This document shows, one piece after another, positions 48,146 through 57,335 of a stretch of 64,000 bases of DNA. The notes under the pieces are model-generated. The model worked only from the letters and a program-made list of their open reading frames with translations. It was not told where the DNA came from and did not search any database. How positions within the stretch are numbered: the stretch's first letter is position 1; each line of letters opens with the position of its first letter. The DNA lies in the NCBI GenBank assembly GCA_964580435.1, contig CAZOKP010000003.1, positions 3,967-67,966 of the forward strand, read 5' to 3'. This DNA comes from an uncultured Eubacteriales bacterium (GTDB lineage: Bacteria; Acidobacteriota; Aminicenantia; Aminicenantales; UBA8522). Both the position numbers and the translations under genes were made by a program.

Positions 48146-49501
48146 ATGAAGGCCCTGCTCAATTTTTTCACCTCGGTCCGGGTGGCCATCACCCTGCTGA
48201 TCATCCTCATCTGCGCCTCGATCATAGGAACGCTCATACCTCAAGGGAGAAGCGCGCAGGAATACCTCGTCCGCTACGGCCAGCTCGGCACCCTGCTGGA
48301 GCGGCTCCAGCTCACCAGGCTTTATCATTCCTTCTGGTTTATTGCACTGCTCGCGCTATTTTCCCTGAACATCATCGTCTGCACGCTCGAAAGGCTCTTT
48401 CCCAAATTCCGGCGGACCTTCCGGCCGAAGTTGGAGACCGAACCCAAGAACATTCTCGCTTTGAAAATCAGGGATAAATTCAAAGTCGGCCTGACAGTTG
48501 CCGAAACCAGGGAGATGGTCAAGAAGGAACTCACCCGCCGCCGCTACCGGCTTAGGGAAGCTGAGACCGAAACCAAGCACTGCTTTACCGCCCGGAAGAG
48601 GGACCTGGGCTGGTTCGGGTCCGATATCGTCCACTTGGGCATCCTCGTGATCCTAGCCGGAGGAATCGCCAGCGGACTCGGTGGTTACCGCAAAGACCTC
48701 ACCTTTAGTGAAGGCCAGACTCTTTCCGTTCCCGGGGCGAATTTCTCTGTCCGACTGGACAAGTTCGTCACGGAATACTATCCTAACGGAAGTGTCAAGG
48801 ACTGGAAAAGCCTCCTCACCGTGACTGAGGACGGAAAGCCCCTCTTCCAAAAAGCAGTCGAAGTCAATTATCCCCTAAATCATCAAGGCTACGTTTTTTA
48901 TCAAAGCGGCTACGGTTGGGATTGGGAGCATCCCTCGCTCGAAGTCTGGGTGAAGAAAAAGCAGAACCCGACCTATCTCAAAAAGGTCTGGCTGAAGGTC
49001 GGCGAGAAAACGGCCCTGGAAGGTGAATCCCTTGTGCTCAACGCGCTCCAGTTCATCCCTGATTTCGTCCTCGACGAAAAAAACCAGCCGGCCGCCCGCT
49101 CGTTGGAGCCAAACAATCCGGCGGCTTTCATCGAAGGCTGGGAGGGGCCCGAAAAGGTGTTCTCCGGCTGGATTTTCGCCAAGTTCCCCGATTTTTCACG
49201 CCTCCACTCGGGGGCCAAGGAACCGGATATTTCCCTCGAACTCAAGGACGTCCGGGCGCCCAATTACTCGGTCATCCACGTGGCCAAGGACCCGGGCGTA
49301 TCGCTCATCTGGAGCGGCTGCGTCCTGCTGATGGCGGGGCTCGTCCTGGCCTTTTACTGGCCGACGAGAGAATTGAAGATTATTCTGGAGGACAGCCAGG
49401 GGAAGACAGGCGTCACAGCCGGCGGAATTTCTATTAAGAGCCGGGAGGTCTTTCAAACGGAATTTGAAAGCATCATCAACTCTCTAAGGAAACGCAAATG
49501 A
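48146..49501 (+). CDS. resB: Cytochrome c biogenesis protein ResB/CcsB (System II)
   Basis: N-terminal TM segments (…VRVAITLLIILICASIIGTL…). A large periplasmic domain and a C-terminal TM helix follow. 451 aa. Overlaps ccsA by 4 nt. Confidence 0.8.
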   Translation: MKALLNFFTSVRVAITLLIILICASIIGTLIPQGRSAQEYLVRYGQLGTLLERLQLTRLYHSFWFIALLALFSLNIIVCTLERLFPKFRRTFRPKLETEPKNILALKIRDKFKVGLTVAETREMVKKELTRRRYRLREAETETKHCFTARKRDLGWFGSDIVHLGILVILAGGIASGLGGYRKDLTFSEGQTLSVPGANFSVRLDKFVTEYYPNGSVKDWKSLLTVTEDGKPLFQKAVEVNYPLNHQGYVFYQSGYGWDWEHPSLEVWVKKKQNPTYLKKVWLKVGEKTALEGESLVLNALQFIPDFVLDEKNQPAARSLEPNNPAAFIEGWEGPEKVFSGWIFAKFPDFSRLHSGAKEPDISLELKDVRAPNYSVIHVAKDPGVSLIWSGCVLLMAGLVLAFYWPTRELKIILEDSQGKTGVTAGGISIKSREVFQTEFESIINSLRKRK

Positions 49502-50316
49502 CTGAATCCACTTTTTTCCTGCTTGCTTTCATCCTTTATGCTTTGGCCGCTGCCTTCTACTTTTCCTATCTTTTCTCCAAAAAGGAAAACCGGGCCACGA
49601 TCGGTTTCGCCGTTGCCCTGGCGGGTCTGCTCATCCATACGCTGGCCTTAGTTTTTAGGACGGTCGAAAGCGGCCATGCGCCCTTCACCAACATGTACGA
49701 GTCCCTCTCCTTTCTGGCCTGGGCTTCTATCCTGGCCTTCATCATCATCGAGGCAAAATACAAGGTCAGGAGGCCGGGGGCTTACCTGCTGCTTATTGTG
49801 ATCGCCCTCATGGCCCTGGCGTCTTCGCCGCTCATGCCGAAAGAAGCCACTCCTCTTGTTCCGGCGCTGCAGAGTTACTGGCTCTGGCTGCATGTTTCCG
49901 TTACGCTTATCGGCGAGGCCTTTTTTGCCATCGCCTTCATCACCAGCATCATGTACCTTGCGGCCGACGCCAAAGAACGAAAAGGGAAAGCAGCGAAATC
50001 GGGGCTCACCGCGGAGAGACTTGACTCCATCAGCTACCGCACCATCGCGATCGGTTTTCCGCTCTTCACCTTGGGAGGGCTCGTCTTCGGCATGGTCTGG
50101 GCTTATAAGGCCTGGGGAACCTACTGGAGCTGGGACCCCAAGGAGGTTTGGAGCCTGATCACCTGGTTCGTCTTTGCCCTGTATCTCCACACCCGGATCG
50201 TCATGGGCTGGAAGGGCCGGCGTTCGGCCGCCATCGCCATCATCGGATTTCTCGCTGCCCTCTTCACTTACTTTGGCGTGAATTACCTGCTGGCGGGGCT
50301 GCACAGTTATGCCTGA
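49498..50316 (+). CDS. ccsA: Cytochrome c biogenesis protein CcsA/ResC (System II haem exporter-lyase)
   Basis: Polytopic membrane protein with a Trp-rich WGxxWxWD-type region (WAYKAWGTYWSWDPKEVW), 272 aa. Confidence 0.8.
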   Translation: MTESTFFLLAFILYALAAAFYFSYLFSKKENRATIGFAVALAGLLIHTLALVFRTVESGHAPFTNMYESLSFLAWASILAFIIIEAKYKVRRPGAYLLLIVIALMALASSPLMPKEATPLVPALQSYWLWLHVSVTLIGEAFFAIAFITSIMYLAADAKERKGKAAKSGLTAERLDSISYRTIAIGFPLFTLGGLVFGMVWAYKAWGTYWSWDPKEVWSLITWFVFALYLHTRIVMGWKGRRSAAIAIIGFLAALFTYFGVNYLLAGLHSYA

Positions 50317-50409
50317 GCGCAGCCGCGGCGGCAAATAGAAAGAAGACTGCAAATATTTCCGCAGAACAGACAGGCCGAACAGTCGGACCTTCGAGGAAAG
50401 CGATATAAG

Positions 50410-52422
50410 ATGAAGATGCGGATAACCAAGAAAAGGACCCTTATCTCCCTTGCCGTTCTTGGCTTTCTCCTGCTTCTTTTCATCGCCGCAGCCGAAATCA
50501 CGTCCCAGTCCAGGTTCTGCTCCACCTGCCACTACATGAAACCCTTTTACCAGAGCTGGAAAACCTCCTCCCATGGCAACGTCCAGTGTAGTGTCTGTCA
50601 TTATCCTCCCGGATTGAGGTCCTTCTTCAGGGCGAAGGTGGAAGGATTGATGCAGCTGGGCCGGTATTGGACCAAGCTCTACCTCAAGTCCAGACCCTGG
50701 GCGGAGATTCCGGATGAAAGCTGTCTGCGTCAGGGATGCCACGACACCAGGCTTCTCGAGGGCCGAGTGAAATTCAAGGAGGTCATCTTCGACCACAAGA
50801 TCCACCTCGAGGACTTGAAAAGAGGAAAGAAACTTCGCTGCACGAGCTGCCACTCCCAGATCGTCCAGGGAGAGCATATTACTGTCACCGAGACTACGTG
50901 TTTTATCTGCCATTTTAAAAAGAGCGAACATTACCCCCAGATCGGCCAGTGCTCCCACTGTCACATCCAGCAAGATCTGGTCTCGAAACAAACCTCCCGG
51001 TTCAACCATACGGTCGTTTTCGAAAAAAAATTCAGCTGCGACAAATGTCACAGCCAGGTCGTCGTGGGCGACGGTGCCGTCCCCCGCGAGAACTGTTATA
51101 AATGTCATTTTGAGAAAGAGAGGCTGGATCAATATTCCGACACGGATTTAATCCATTCCACCCATATCACAGCCCATAAGATCGAGTGTAACCAATGCCA
51201 TTTGCAGATTCAGCACAAAATTGTCAAAGACATCGAGACCATCGCCGATTGCCGGACCTGCCACACGGGCTTCCATCAGGCCCAGAAGATTCTGTACACC
51301 GGCGAAGGCGGAAAAGGCATTGCCCATGCTCTGCCCAATGTCATGCTGGAAAAAGGGCTGAGCTGCAAGGGCTGCCACATGTTCCACGAGGAGGCGGGCG
51401 GAAAGTTGGTCAAGAGCGAGACCTCGATCTCGAAGGAGCAGGCCTGCGAATCCTGTCACGGAGCAGGATTCGCTCGAGTTCTCCGGTACTGGCAGGTCTC
51501 GACCGAGAAAAGGCTGAGCCAGATCAGGAGGATCTATCAAAGATCTTCCCAGGAAGTCGGGCTGAGCAAGAGCCCTAATCGGGAAAGGGCCAAGCCATTG
51601 CTTGACGATGCGGCCTTTAACATCGACGTCGTCGAGAGAGGCAAAAGCGTCCATAATATGGCCTACTCACAAGAGCTTCTTCAGGCCGCCATTGCCTATA
51701 TGGAGGAAGCCCTGCAGCTCGTCGGTTCTTCTTATAAGCCAGAAAAATTCCTGCCGGAAACAAAGGACATCCCCTCGCAATGCTCCCAGTGCCACGCCGG
51801 GATCGAAGAGATCAATGGCCGGGTCTTCGGGCTGTCCTTTCCCCACAAAACGCATGTCGTCGGCCAGAAAATGCAGTGTTCGACCTGCCATTCCAATGCG
51901 AAAAAACACGGTGAATTCATCGGCTCCAAAAAACAGTGCGCCACTTGTCATCATCAGGATATCAAGAAAGACTGCGGAAGCTGCCATATCCTCCAAAAGA
52001 CCCTCTATGTGGGAGGGACGTTAGATGGCTGGGAAGTCCCCAAGGATATGATGGCCGAGGCGAACGTCGGCTGTGCCGATTGCCACGCCCTGGACAAAGG
52101 TCAGATCCGCCCGGCCGACAGCTCCACGTGCATGAATTGCCATGAAGAGAGCTACACAAAGACGTTTGCGGAATGGCAGGATGCATATAAAAAGCAGCGG
52201 GATTCTCTCCTCACCAGCCTTGAAGTAAAGAGAAGGCTTAAGCTGCCCGAGGGAGACCGAGCCAAACTTGCCGAGGTCGAGCAGATGCTCAGAAAACTCG
52301 AGGACGACGGAAGCTCCTCCGTTCACAACTCCCAGTTCATCGAAGACCTGTTGACAAAACTTGAACTCCGGATAAAATCTATCCAGGAACAGCCGGCGCA
52401 TGAAGAGACGGACATTCGTTAA
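50410..52422 (+). CDS. Membrane-anchored multiheme cytochrome with NapC/NirT/NrfH-like N-terminus (17 CXXCH + 1 CX4CH)
   Basis: N-terminal TM helix followed by CSTCHYMKPFYQSWKTSSHGNVQCSVCH, as in NrfH/NapC quinol dehydrogenases. Fifteen further CXXCH motifs and one CLRQGCH follow. C-terminal coiled-coil-like tail. 670 aa. Confidence 0.7.
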   Translation: MKMRITKKRTLISLAVLGFLLLLFIAAAEITSQSRFCSTCHYMKPFYQSWKTSSHGNVQCSVCHYPPGLRSFFRAKVEGLMQLGRYWTKLYLKSRPWAEIPDESCLRQGCHDTRLLEGRVKFKEVIFDHKIHLEDLKRGKKLRCTSCHSQIVQGEHITVTETTCFICHFKKSEHYPQIGQCSHCHIQQDLVSKQTSRFNHTVVFEKKFSCDKCHSQVVVGDGAVPRENCYKCHFEKERLDQYSDTDLIHSTHITAHKIECNQCHLQIQHKIVKDIETIADCRTCHTGFHQAQKILYTGEGGKGIAHALPNVMLEKGLSCKGCHMFHEEAGGKLVKSETSISKEQACESCHGAGFARVLRYWQVSTEKRLSQIRRIYQRSSQEVGLSKSPNRERAKPLLDDAAFNIDVVERGKSVHNMAYSQELLQAAIAYMEEALQLVGSSYKPEKFLPETKDIPSQCSQCHAGIEEINGRVFGLSFPHKTHVVGQKMQCSTCHSNAKKHGEFIGSKKQCATCHHQDIKKDCGSCHILQKTLYVGGTLDGWEVPKDMMAEANVGCADCHALDKGQIRPADSSTCMNCHEESYTKTFAEWQDAYKKQRDSLLTSLEVKRRLKLPEGDRAKLAEVEQMLRKLEDDGSSSVHNSQFIEDLLTKLELRIKSIQEQPAHEETDIR

Positions 52423-52825
52423 CTTCTTCTTGGGAGGCTCTCTCGTCGGGACTCTAAGCTCGCTTCTTTATCCCATCATCCGCTATCTCATCCCCCCGCG
52501 TCAGGCTGAGGCGGTGGCAAAGAAAATTGCCGCCGCCAAAGTAGGAGAGTTAGCTCCCAACTCCGCGAAGCTGTTCAAATTCGGGTCCTCTCCCGCCCTC
52601 TTGATTAATACCGCCGAGGGCCAGCTCCGGGCTTTTTCCGCCGTGTGCACTCACCTAACCTGCACGGTCAGCTATGAGAGCGACACCAGCACGCTTTATT
52701 GTCCCTGTCATAACGGCCGGTTCGACCTCGCCGGGAATGTCATATCCGGGCCGCCGCCCCGCCCATTAGAGACTTATGAAATCGAGGTGGTCAGCGGCGA
52801 TATCCTTGTCTCTAAGAAAGCTTAG
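52400..52825 (+). CDS. Rieske [2Fe-2S] iron-sulfur protein (bc-complex type)
   Basis: N-terminal TM/Tat-like segment and Rieske boxes CTHLTC…CPCHNG. The start overlaps the preceding cytochrome gene by 23 nt. Confidence 0.8.
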   Translation: MKRRTFVNFFLGGSLVGTLSSLLYPIIRYLIPPRQAEAVAKKIAAAKVGELAPNSAKLFKFGSSPALLINTAEGQLRAFSAVCTHLTCTVSYESDTSTLYCPCHNGRFDLAGNVISGPPPRPLETYEIEVVSGDILVSKKA

Positions 52826-52826
52826 A

Positions 52827-53900
52827 ATGAGCCAGCTCATTAGGAACGCGGTCGCCTATCTCGAATCCAGATTCCAGTTTTCCGCCCTGGCCGAATTCGG
52901 CAAGAAAAAGAAAGTCCCGGAGCATAAATATTCTTTCTGGTATTACTTTGGCGGGCTGTGTCTTTTTCTTTTCTTTGTGCAGGTCGTTACGGGCATCCTC
53001 CTCCTTTTGTACTACACTCCCTCAGTCGATGCGGCTCATGAAAGCATTCAGTTCATCATGAGCCAGGTCAAATTCGGCTGGCTCATTCGTTCTGTCCACA
53101 GCTGGACGGCCAACATCCTGGTCGGAGCCATTTTCATCCACATGTTCAGCGCGTTCTTTCTCAAGGCCTACCGGCCGCCGCGGGATCTCACCTGGATCAG
53201 TGGATTCTTTCTCCTCATCTTCTTCCTGGCCTTCGGTTTCAGCGGCTATCTTCTTCCCTGGAATGAACTCTCGTTTTTCGCCACCCGGGTGGGAACGGAT
53301 ATCGCCGGCGTTATCCCTTACATTGGCAAAGCCCTCAAAACGTTCATTCTCGGAGGCCCGGAGGTTTCCGGCGCCACCCTGAGCCGGTTCTTCTGGCTTC
53401 ACGTGGCTGTTCTCCCGGCGATTGCGTTCGTCGTCCTGGGGATCCATATCTTCCTGGTCCAGGTCCTGGGGATGAGCAAGCCGATCGGGATCTCCGAGAG
53501 GAAGGAGATCTCTTTCTTCCCGACGTTCATCCTCAAGGACGCCCTGGTCTGGCTCCTCGTCTTGACTGCCATCGGCGTCCTCTGCGTCTTTTTCCCTTGG
53601 GAAGTGGGCCAAAAGGCCGACCCTTTCGCAGCGACGCCGATCGGCATCAAGCCCGAATGGTATTTCACCTTCATGTTCACGACACTCAAGCTCATCCCCC
53701 CTCACATTTTCTCCCTGGAAGGTGAGGTTCTGGCCATCCTGGGATTCATGCTGGGCGGATTGCTCTGGATGCTCGTTCCCTATCTTGACCGGAGGGCCGG
53801 CCGGGAGACGAAGAGTCCTGTTTTTTCAGGGGCAGGTTTTCTTATTCTGCTCTATATCATTGTCATGACGGCTCTGACCTACCTTGCACCCCGCATATAA
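52827..53900 (+). CDS. Cytochrome b of a bc-type complex (b6/subunit IV-like, fused)
   Basis: Polytopic with conserved haem-ligand His context (…SVHSWTANILVGAIFIHM…FGFSGYLLPWN…). The ATG at 52827 is 2 nt after the Rieske stop. The track ORF starts further upstream at 52776. Confidence 0.8.
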   Translation: MSQLIRNAVAYLESRFQFSALAEFGKKKKVPEHKYSFWYYFGGLCLFLFFVQVVTGILLLLYYTPSVDAAHESIQFIMSQVKFGWLIRSVHSWTANILVGAIFIHMFSAFFLKAYRPPRDLTWISGFFLLIFFLAFGFSGYLLPWNELSFFATRVGTDIAGVIPYIGKALKTFILGGPEVSGATLSRFFWLHVAVLPAIAFVVLGIHIFLVQVLGMSKPIGISERKEISFFPTFILKDALVWLLVLTAIGVLCVFFPWEVGQKADPFAATPIGIKPEWYFTFMFTTLKLIPPHIFSLEGEVLAILGFMLGGLLWMLVPYLDRRAGRETKSPVFSGAGFLILLYIIVMTALTYLAPRI

Positions 53901-53919
53901 CTGAGGTCAAAATATTACA

Positions 53920-55206
53920 TTGAAAGTGAAAGAGAACAAAGAACGGGACAAAAACCGGATGAGATCGAAGCTCGTCTCTGTTGTCTCATTTTTGTTCCTC
54001 CTGGCCCTTCCTCTCTCGCTCTTCGGCCAAAAAAATTCCTGCCTGGAATGCCACAAGGAGATGGATGATCAGAACCTGCGCGCTCCTGTGGATGGATTCG
54101 CGACGGATGTTCATCGGCAATTCGGTCTGGGCTGCCAGGACTGCCATGGAGGCAACCCCCTGCAGGATGACGTGGGACTGGCCAAGGACAAGTCCTTCAA
54201 GGGGGCGCCCGGGAAAGCCAAGGTGCCGGAATTCTGCGGCTCCTGCCATTCCAATTCCGAGTACATGAGGCGCTTCAATCCAAATGTACGCGTGGACCAG
54301 CTTCAGACCTACTGGACGAGCAAGCACGGCGAGCTCCTGAGAAAAGGCGACACGAATGTCGCCGTCTGCACGGACTGCCATGGAATTCATGGGATTCAAG
54401 CCTCCAATTTCCCCAAATCCTCGACCTTCGCCTGGAACATCCCCCAGACCTGCGGCCGTTGCCATTCCAGCCAGGATGTGATGAAGGCCTACGGCATTCC
54501 CGTCAACCAAGTCGACGATTATAAACACAGCGTCCATGCGACCGCCCTTTTCGATAAAAAGGACCTCTCGGCGCCGGTCTGCAATGACTGCCATGGAAAT
54601 CACGGCGCTGCACCCCCTCAAGTTACGTCAATCGCTTTTGTCTGCCGGCAGTGCCATCCGAGCGCCGGAGACCTCTTTACTCAAAGCCCTCACAAGGCTG
54701 CTTTCGACGGACTGGGGATTTCGGAATGCGAAGCCTGCCACGGCAATCACAAGATTCTCGCCCCCACCGACGAGATGCTCGCCGGAGGACGCAACGACGT
54801 CTGCAGCCAGTGCCATGACACCGGGACCAAGCCTTATGAGACCGGGCTCGAGATGAAGCGGAAGCTCTCGGGCTATGTGGCCACATTTCAAACCGCCGAA
54901 GACCTTCTCGAAAGAGCCGAAAAACAGGGCGTCGAGGTCAGCGATCCTCGGTTCAAGCTCCAGGAGGCCTCCACGGCCTTGATCCTCGTCCGGAACCTGA
55001 CCCACGGCCTTTCCCTCACGGACATGGAAGCGAAGCTCGCTGAAGGGGACAACGTCATCGCCGAGGTCAAAGCGCTCGGCGGCGCCGCTTTGAAGGAAGC
55101 GAAATTCCGCAAGACAGGCCTTGTCATCACCACCGTCTTCATCTTCCTTCTCGCCCTGGCCCTTTATTTCAAGATCCGCGAGCTCCAGTCGCGACCCAAG
55201 GCCTAG
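53920..55206 (+). CDS. Nonaheme c-type cytochrome with C-terminal transmembrane anchor
   Basis: Nine CXXCH motifs and a C-terminal hydrophobic helix (GLVITTVFIFLLALALYF). The real start may be the internal Met near 53950, which is followed by a signal peptide. It follows the Rieske/cyt b genes directly. Confidence 0.7.
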   Translation: MKVKENKERDKNRMRSKLVSVVSFLFLLALPLSLFGQKNSCLECHKEMDDQNLRAPVDGFATDVHRQFGLGCQDCHGGNPLQDDVGLAKDKSFKGAPGKAKVPEFCGSCHSNSEYMRRFNPNVRVDQLQTYWTSKHGELLRKGDTNVAVCTDCHGIHGIQASNFPKSSTFAWNIPQTCGRCHSSQDVMKAYGIPVNQVDDYKHSVHATALFDKKDLSAPVCNDCHGNHGAAPPQVTSIAFVCRQCHPSAGDLFTQSPHKAAFDGLGISECEACHGNHKILAPTDEMLAGGRNDVCSQCHDTGTKPYETGLEMKRKLSGYVATFQTAEDLLERAEKQGVEVSDPRFKLQEASTALILVRNLTHGLSLTDMEAKLAEGDNVIAEVKALGGAALKEAKFRKTGLVITTVFIFLLALALYFKIRELQSRPKA

Positions 55207-55447
55207 AAACCCTGTCCTTCTCCCCAAAAAACGGGATCTGCGAATTGACAGCGAACTATTCCTCTTCAGAAAAAATATAAGAAGGGGTGGCGCGGTGCGT
55301 TCCCGAAGCGGCCGAGCGAATGGGGCGGGTGGGGGGGTCTTTAGCGAGGACGTGCGGGAACGCACCGGGACAGGCCCCCTTCGAGACACCTTTTATTATT
55401 ATTTCTATCGGTTACCTAAAAACTATCGCTTTTGTAGGAAATGGATA

Positions 55448-55476
55448 TTGACAATTTTCCGGGACTTCTCTAAAAT
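55448..55476 (+). promoter_or_regulatory. Sigma70 consensus-like promoter (TTGACA-17-TAAAAT)
   Basis: Seen in the 313-nt gap before the tetraheme cytochrome gene. It probably heads the 55520-59349 operon. Confidence 0.5.
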
Positions 55477-55519
55477 GGGGTTTCTTTTTGGAACAATTCA
55501 TGATCCCCAGGGAGGAACG

Positions 55520-56041
55520 ATGAAAAAGATCATTGTGCTTATCGTCATCATAGTTGCGATTTTGCTCATCAATCTTTTGGGCCAGAACTTCACCTATGTG
55601 GGATCGGCCAAGTGTGCGATCTGCCACAAGACGGAAACACAGGGCCAGCAGTATCCGATCTGGCAGAAGTCCAAGCATTCCATGTCCTTCGCCGCGCTCA
55701 GCTCTCCTGAGGCTGCTCCAAAAGCCCAGGCCGCCGGAGTGCAGAACCCGGCGGAAAGCCCCCAGTGTCTCAAATGCCATGCACCCCTCTTCGAGAAGGC
55801 CGCCGAACTCAAGGCCGAGGGCGTCACCTGCGAGGTCTGCCACGGCCCGGGAAGCGAATACAAAAAACTCACCATCATGAAAGACAAAGCCCTGGCCCAG
55901 AAGAACGGCCTGGTCCTCTATGAATCTTCGGATGCCGCTAAAAAACACTGCCTGACCTGCCATGAGAATGCTCACGGCACGAGCTTCGATTACGCGGCAG
56001 CCTGGGAAAAGATCAAACACGACAAACCGGCCGCAAAATAG
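55520..56041 (+). CDS. Small tetraheme c-type cytochrome (periplasmic, 174 aa)
   Basis: ATG with GGAGG 4 nt upstream, signal/anchor MKKIIVLIVIIVAILLINLLG, four CXXCH motifs. The track ORF 55121..56041 is over-extended at the 5-prime end. Confidence 0.7.
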   Translation: MKKIIVLIVIIVAILLINLLGQNFTYVGSAKCAICHKTETQGQQYPIWQKSKHSMSFAALSSPEAAPKAQAAGVQNPAESPQCLKCHAPLFEKAAELKAEGVTCEVCHGPGSEYKKLTIMKDKALAQKNGLVLYESSDAAKKHCLTCHENAHGTSFDYAAAWEKIKHDKPAAK

Positions 56042-56050
56042 ACCGCATTT

Positions 56051-57331
56051 TTGGCGATCATTTCCTGGATGCGAAAACCTGAGGTTGGCGTTTTATTCCT
56101 TCTGATTCTCGGGGCCTTCCTGTGGGCCGGTCCAGAAAAGACCCCTTCTTCGAACGCCCAGTGCTTGGCCTGTCACGGTTCCCAAGCCGCGGTCAGCGAA
56201 AAACTCAGGATCAATGAAAAGAACTTCCTCGGGTCGGCGCACGCATCCCTCGCCTGCACCGATTGCCACATGATCCAGCCGGGAGAGAGGGAAGGCGAGA
56301 TCCCGCATAGAAAGACTCTTCCGGATGTCAATTGCACAGCCGCCTGTCATCGTGAAAGCGGCCGGATCGGCACCGGACTGACTCCTCTTTCCTACCCCGA
56401 CAGCGTCCACGGCCGAGCCTATCTCGAAAGAGGAGTCAGGGAAGTGGCCAAGTGCTGGGACTGTCACGGAAAGCACAATATCAGGCCCGTTTCTGATCCC
56501 GAGTCCTCAGTCAGCAGGAAGAACATCCCCCTGACATGCTCGGCCTGTCATGAGGATATGCACGTCGTCATCAAGTACAACATCCACAGCGAAATGCCCT
56601 ATCACGAATACATGAAGAGCGTCCACGGCAAGGCCCTTTTTGAGAAAGGGCTTGTCCAATTCGCCGCCGTCTGCACCGACTGCCACGGCGTCCATGACAT
56701 CAAAGGCGTCGGCGAGCCCCATCTGATGGCCAAGCAGCCCCAGACCTGCGGCCGCTGCCACGAGCTCATCTTTGACGAGTACAAGCAGAGCCTCCACGGC
56801 CAGCAGGCCCTCGGCGGGAATGTTGATGCTCCGTTCTGTGTCGACTGCCACGGAGAACACGGCATCGCCTCGCCTAAGGAAGAAGGCTCCCCTACTTCTG
56901 TCAACAAGGTCCTCGATACCTGCTCGGCCTGCCACGCCCGGCCGGAGATCATGCAGAAATACGGCGTTCCCGAAGACCGGATTGCCACGTTTATCGACAG
57001 CCTGCACGGGATCGCCGTCGGGTTTGGCTACAAAGCCGCGGCCAATTGCACGAGCTGCCACGGCGTTCACGATATCAGGCCGGCCTCTGATCCCCTGTCC
57101 AAAATCAGCCCGGCCAACCTGCGGAAGACCTGCGGACAGCCCAGCTGCCATCCGAATATGCCAGAAAAAATTGCCACGGCCAAGATTCATATCGGCGCTG
57201 CTCAAAAAAACCCCGCCGCTCTCTTTTATGTTCAAAGGGTGCTCCTCATCCTGGTCATCGCCGTTCTCGTCATCACCGTGCTCTGGTTCATTCCCGGTTT
57301 CATCAAAAAAATGAGGCTCTTGAAAAAGTAG
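56051..57331 (+). CDS. Multiheme c-type cytochrome (9 CXXCH + CX3CH + CX4CH) with C-terminal TM anchor
   Basis: Signal peptide and repeated HG…C..CHG.H.I….DP.S…N…TC..CH units. It is a paralog of the next gene and of 53920. C-terminal helix VLLILVIAVLVITVLWFIPGFI. Confidence 0.7.
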   Translation: MAIISWMRKPEVGVLFLLILGAFLWAGPEKTPSSNAQCLACHGSQAAVSEKLRINEKNFLGSAHASLACTDCHMIQPGEREGEIPHRKTLPDVNCTAACHRESGRIGTGLTPLSYPDSVHGRAYLERGVREVAKCWDCHGKHNIRPVSDPESSVSRKNIPLTCSACHEDMHVVIKYNIHSEMPYHEYMKSVHGKALFEKGLVQFAAVCTDCHGVHDIKGVGEPHLMAKQPQTCGRCHELIFDEYKQSLHGQQALGGNVDAPFCVDCHGEHGIASPKEEGSPTSVNKVLDTCSACHARPEIMQKYGVPEDRIATFIDSLHGIAVGFGYKAAANCTSCHGVHDIRPASDPLSKISPANLRKTCGQPSCHPNMPEKIATAKIHIGAAQKNPAALFYVQRVLLILVIAVLVITVLWFIPGFIKKMRLLKK

Positions 57332-57335
57332 CGCC

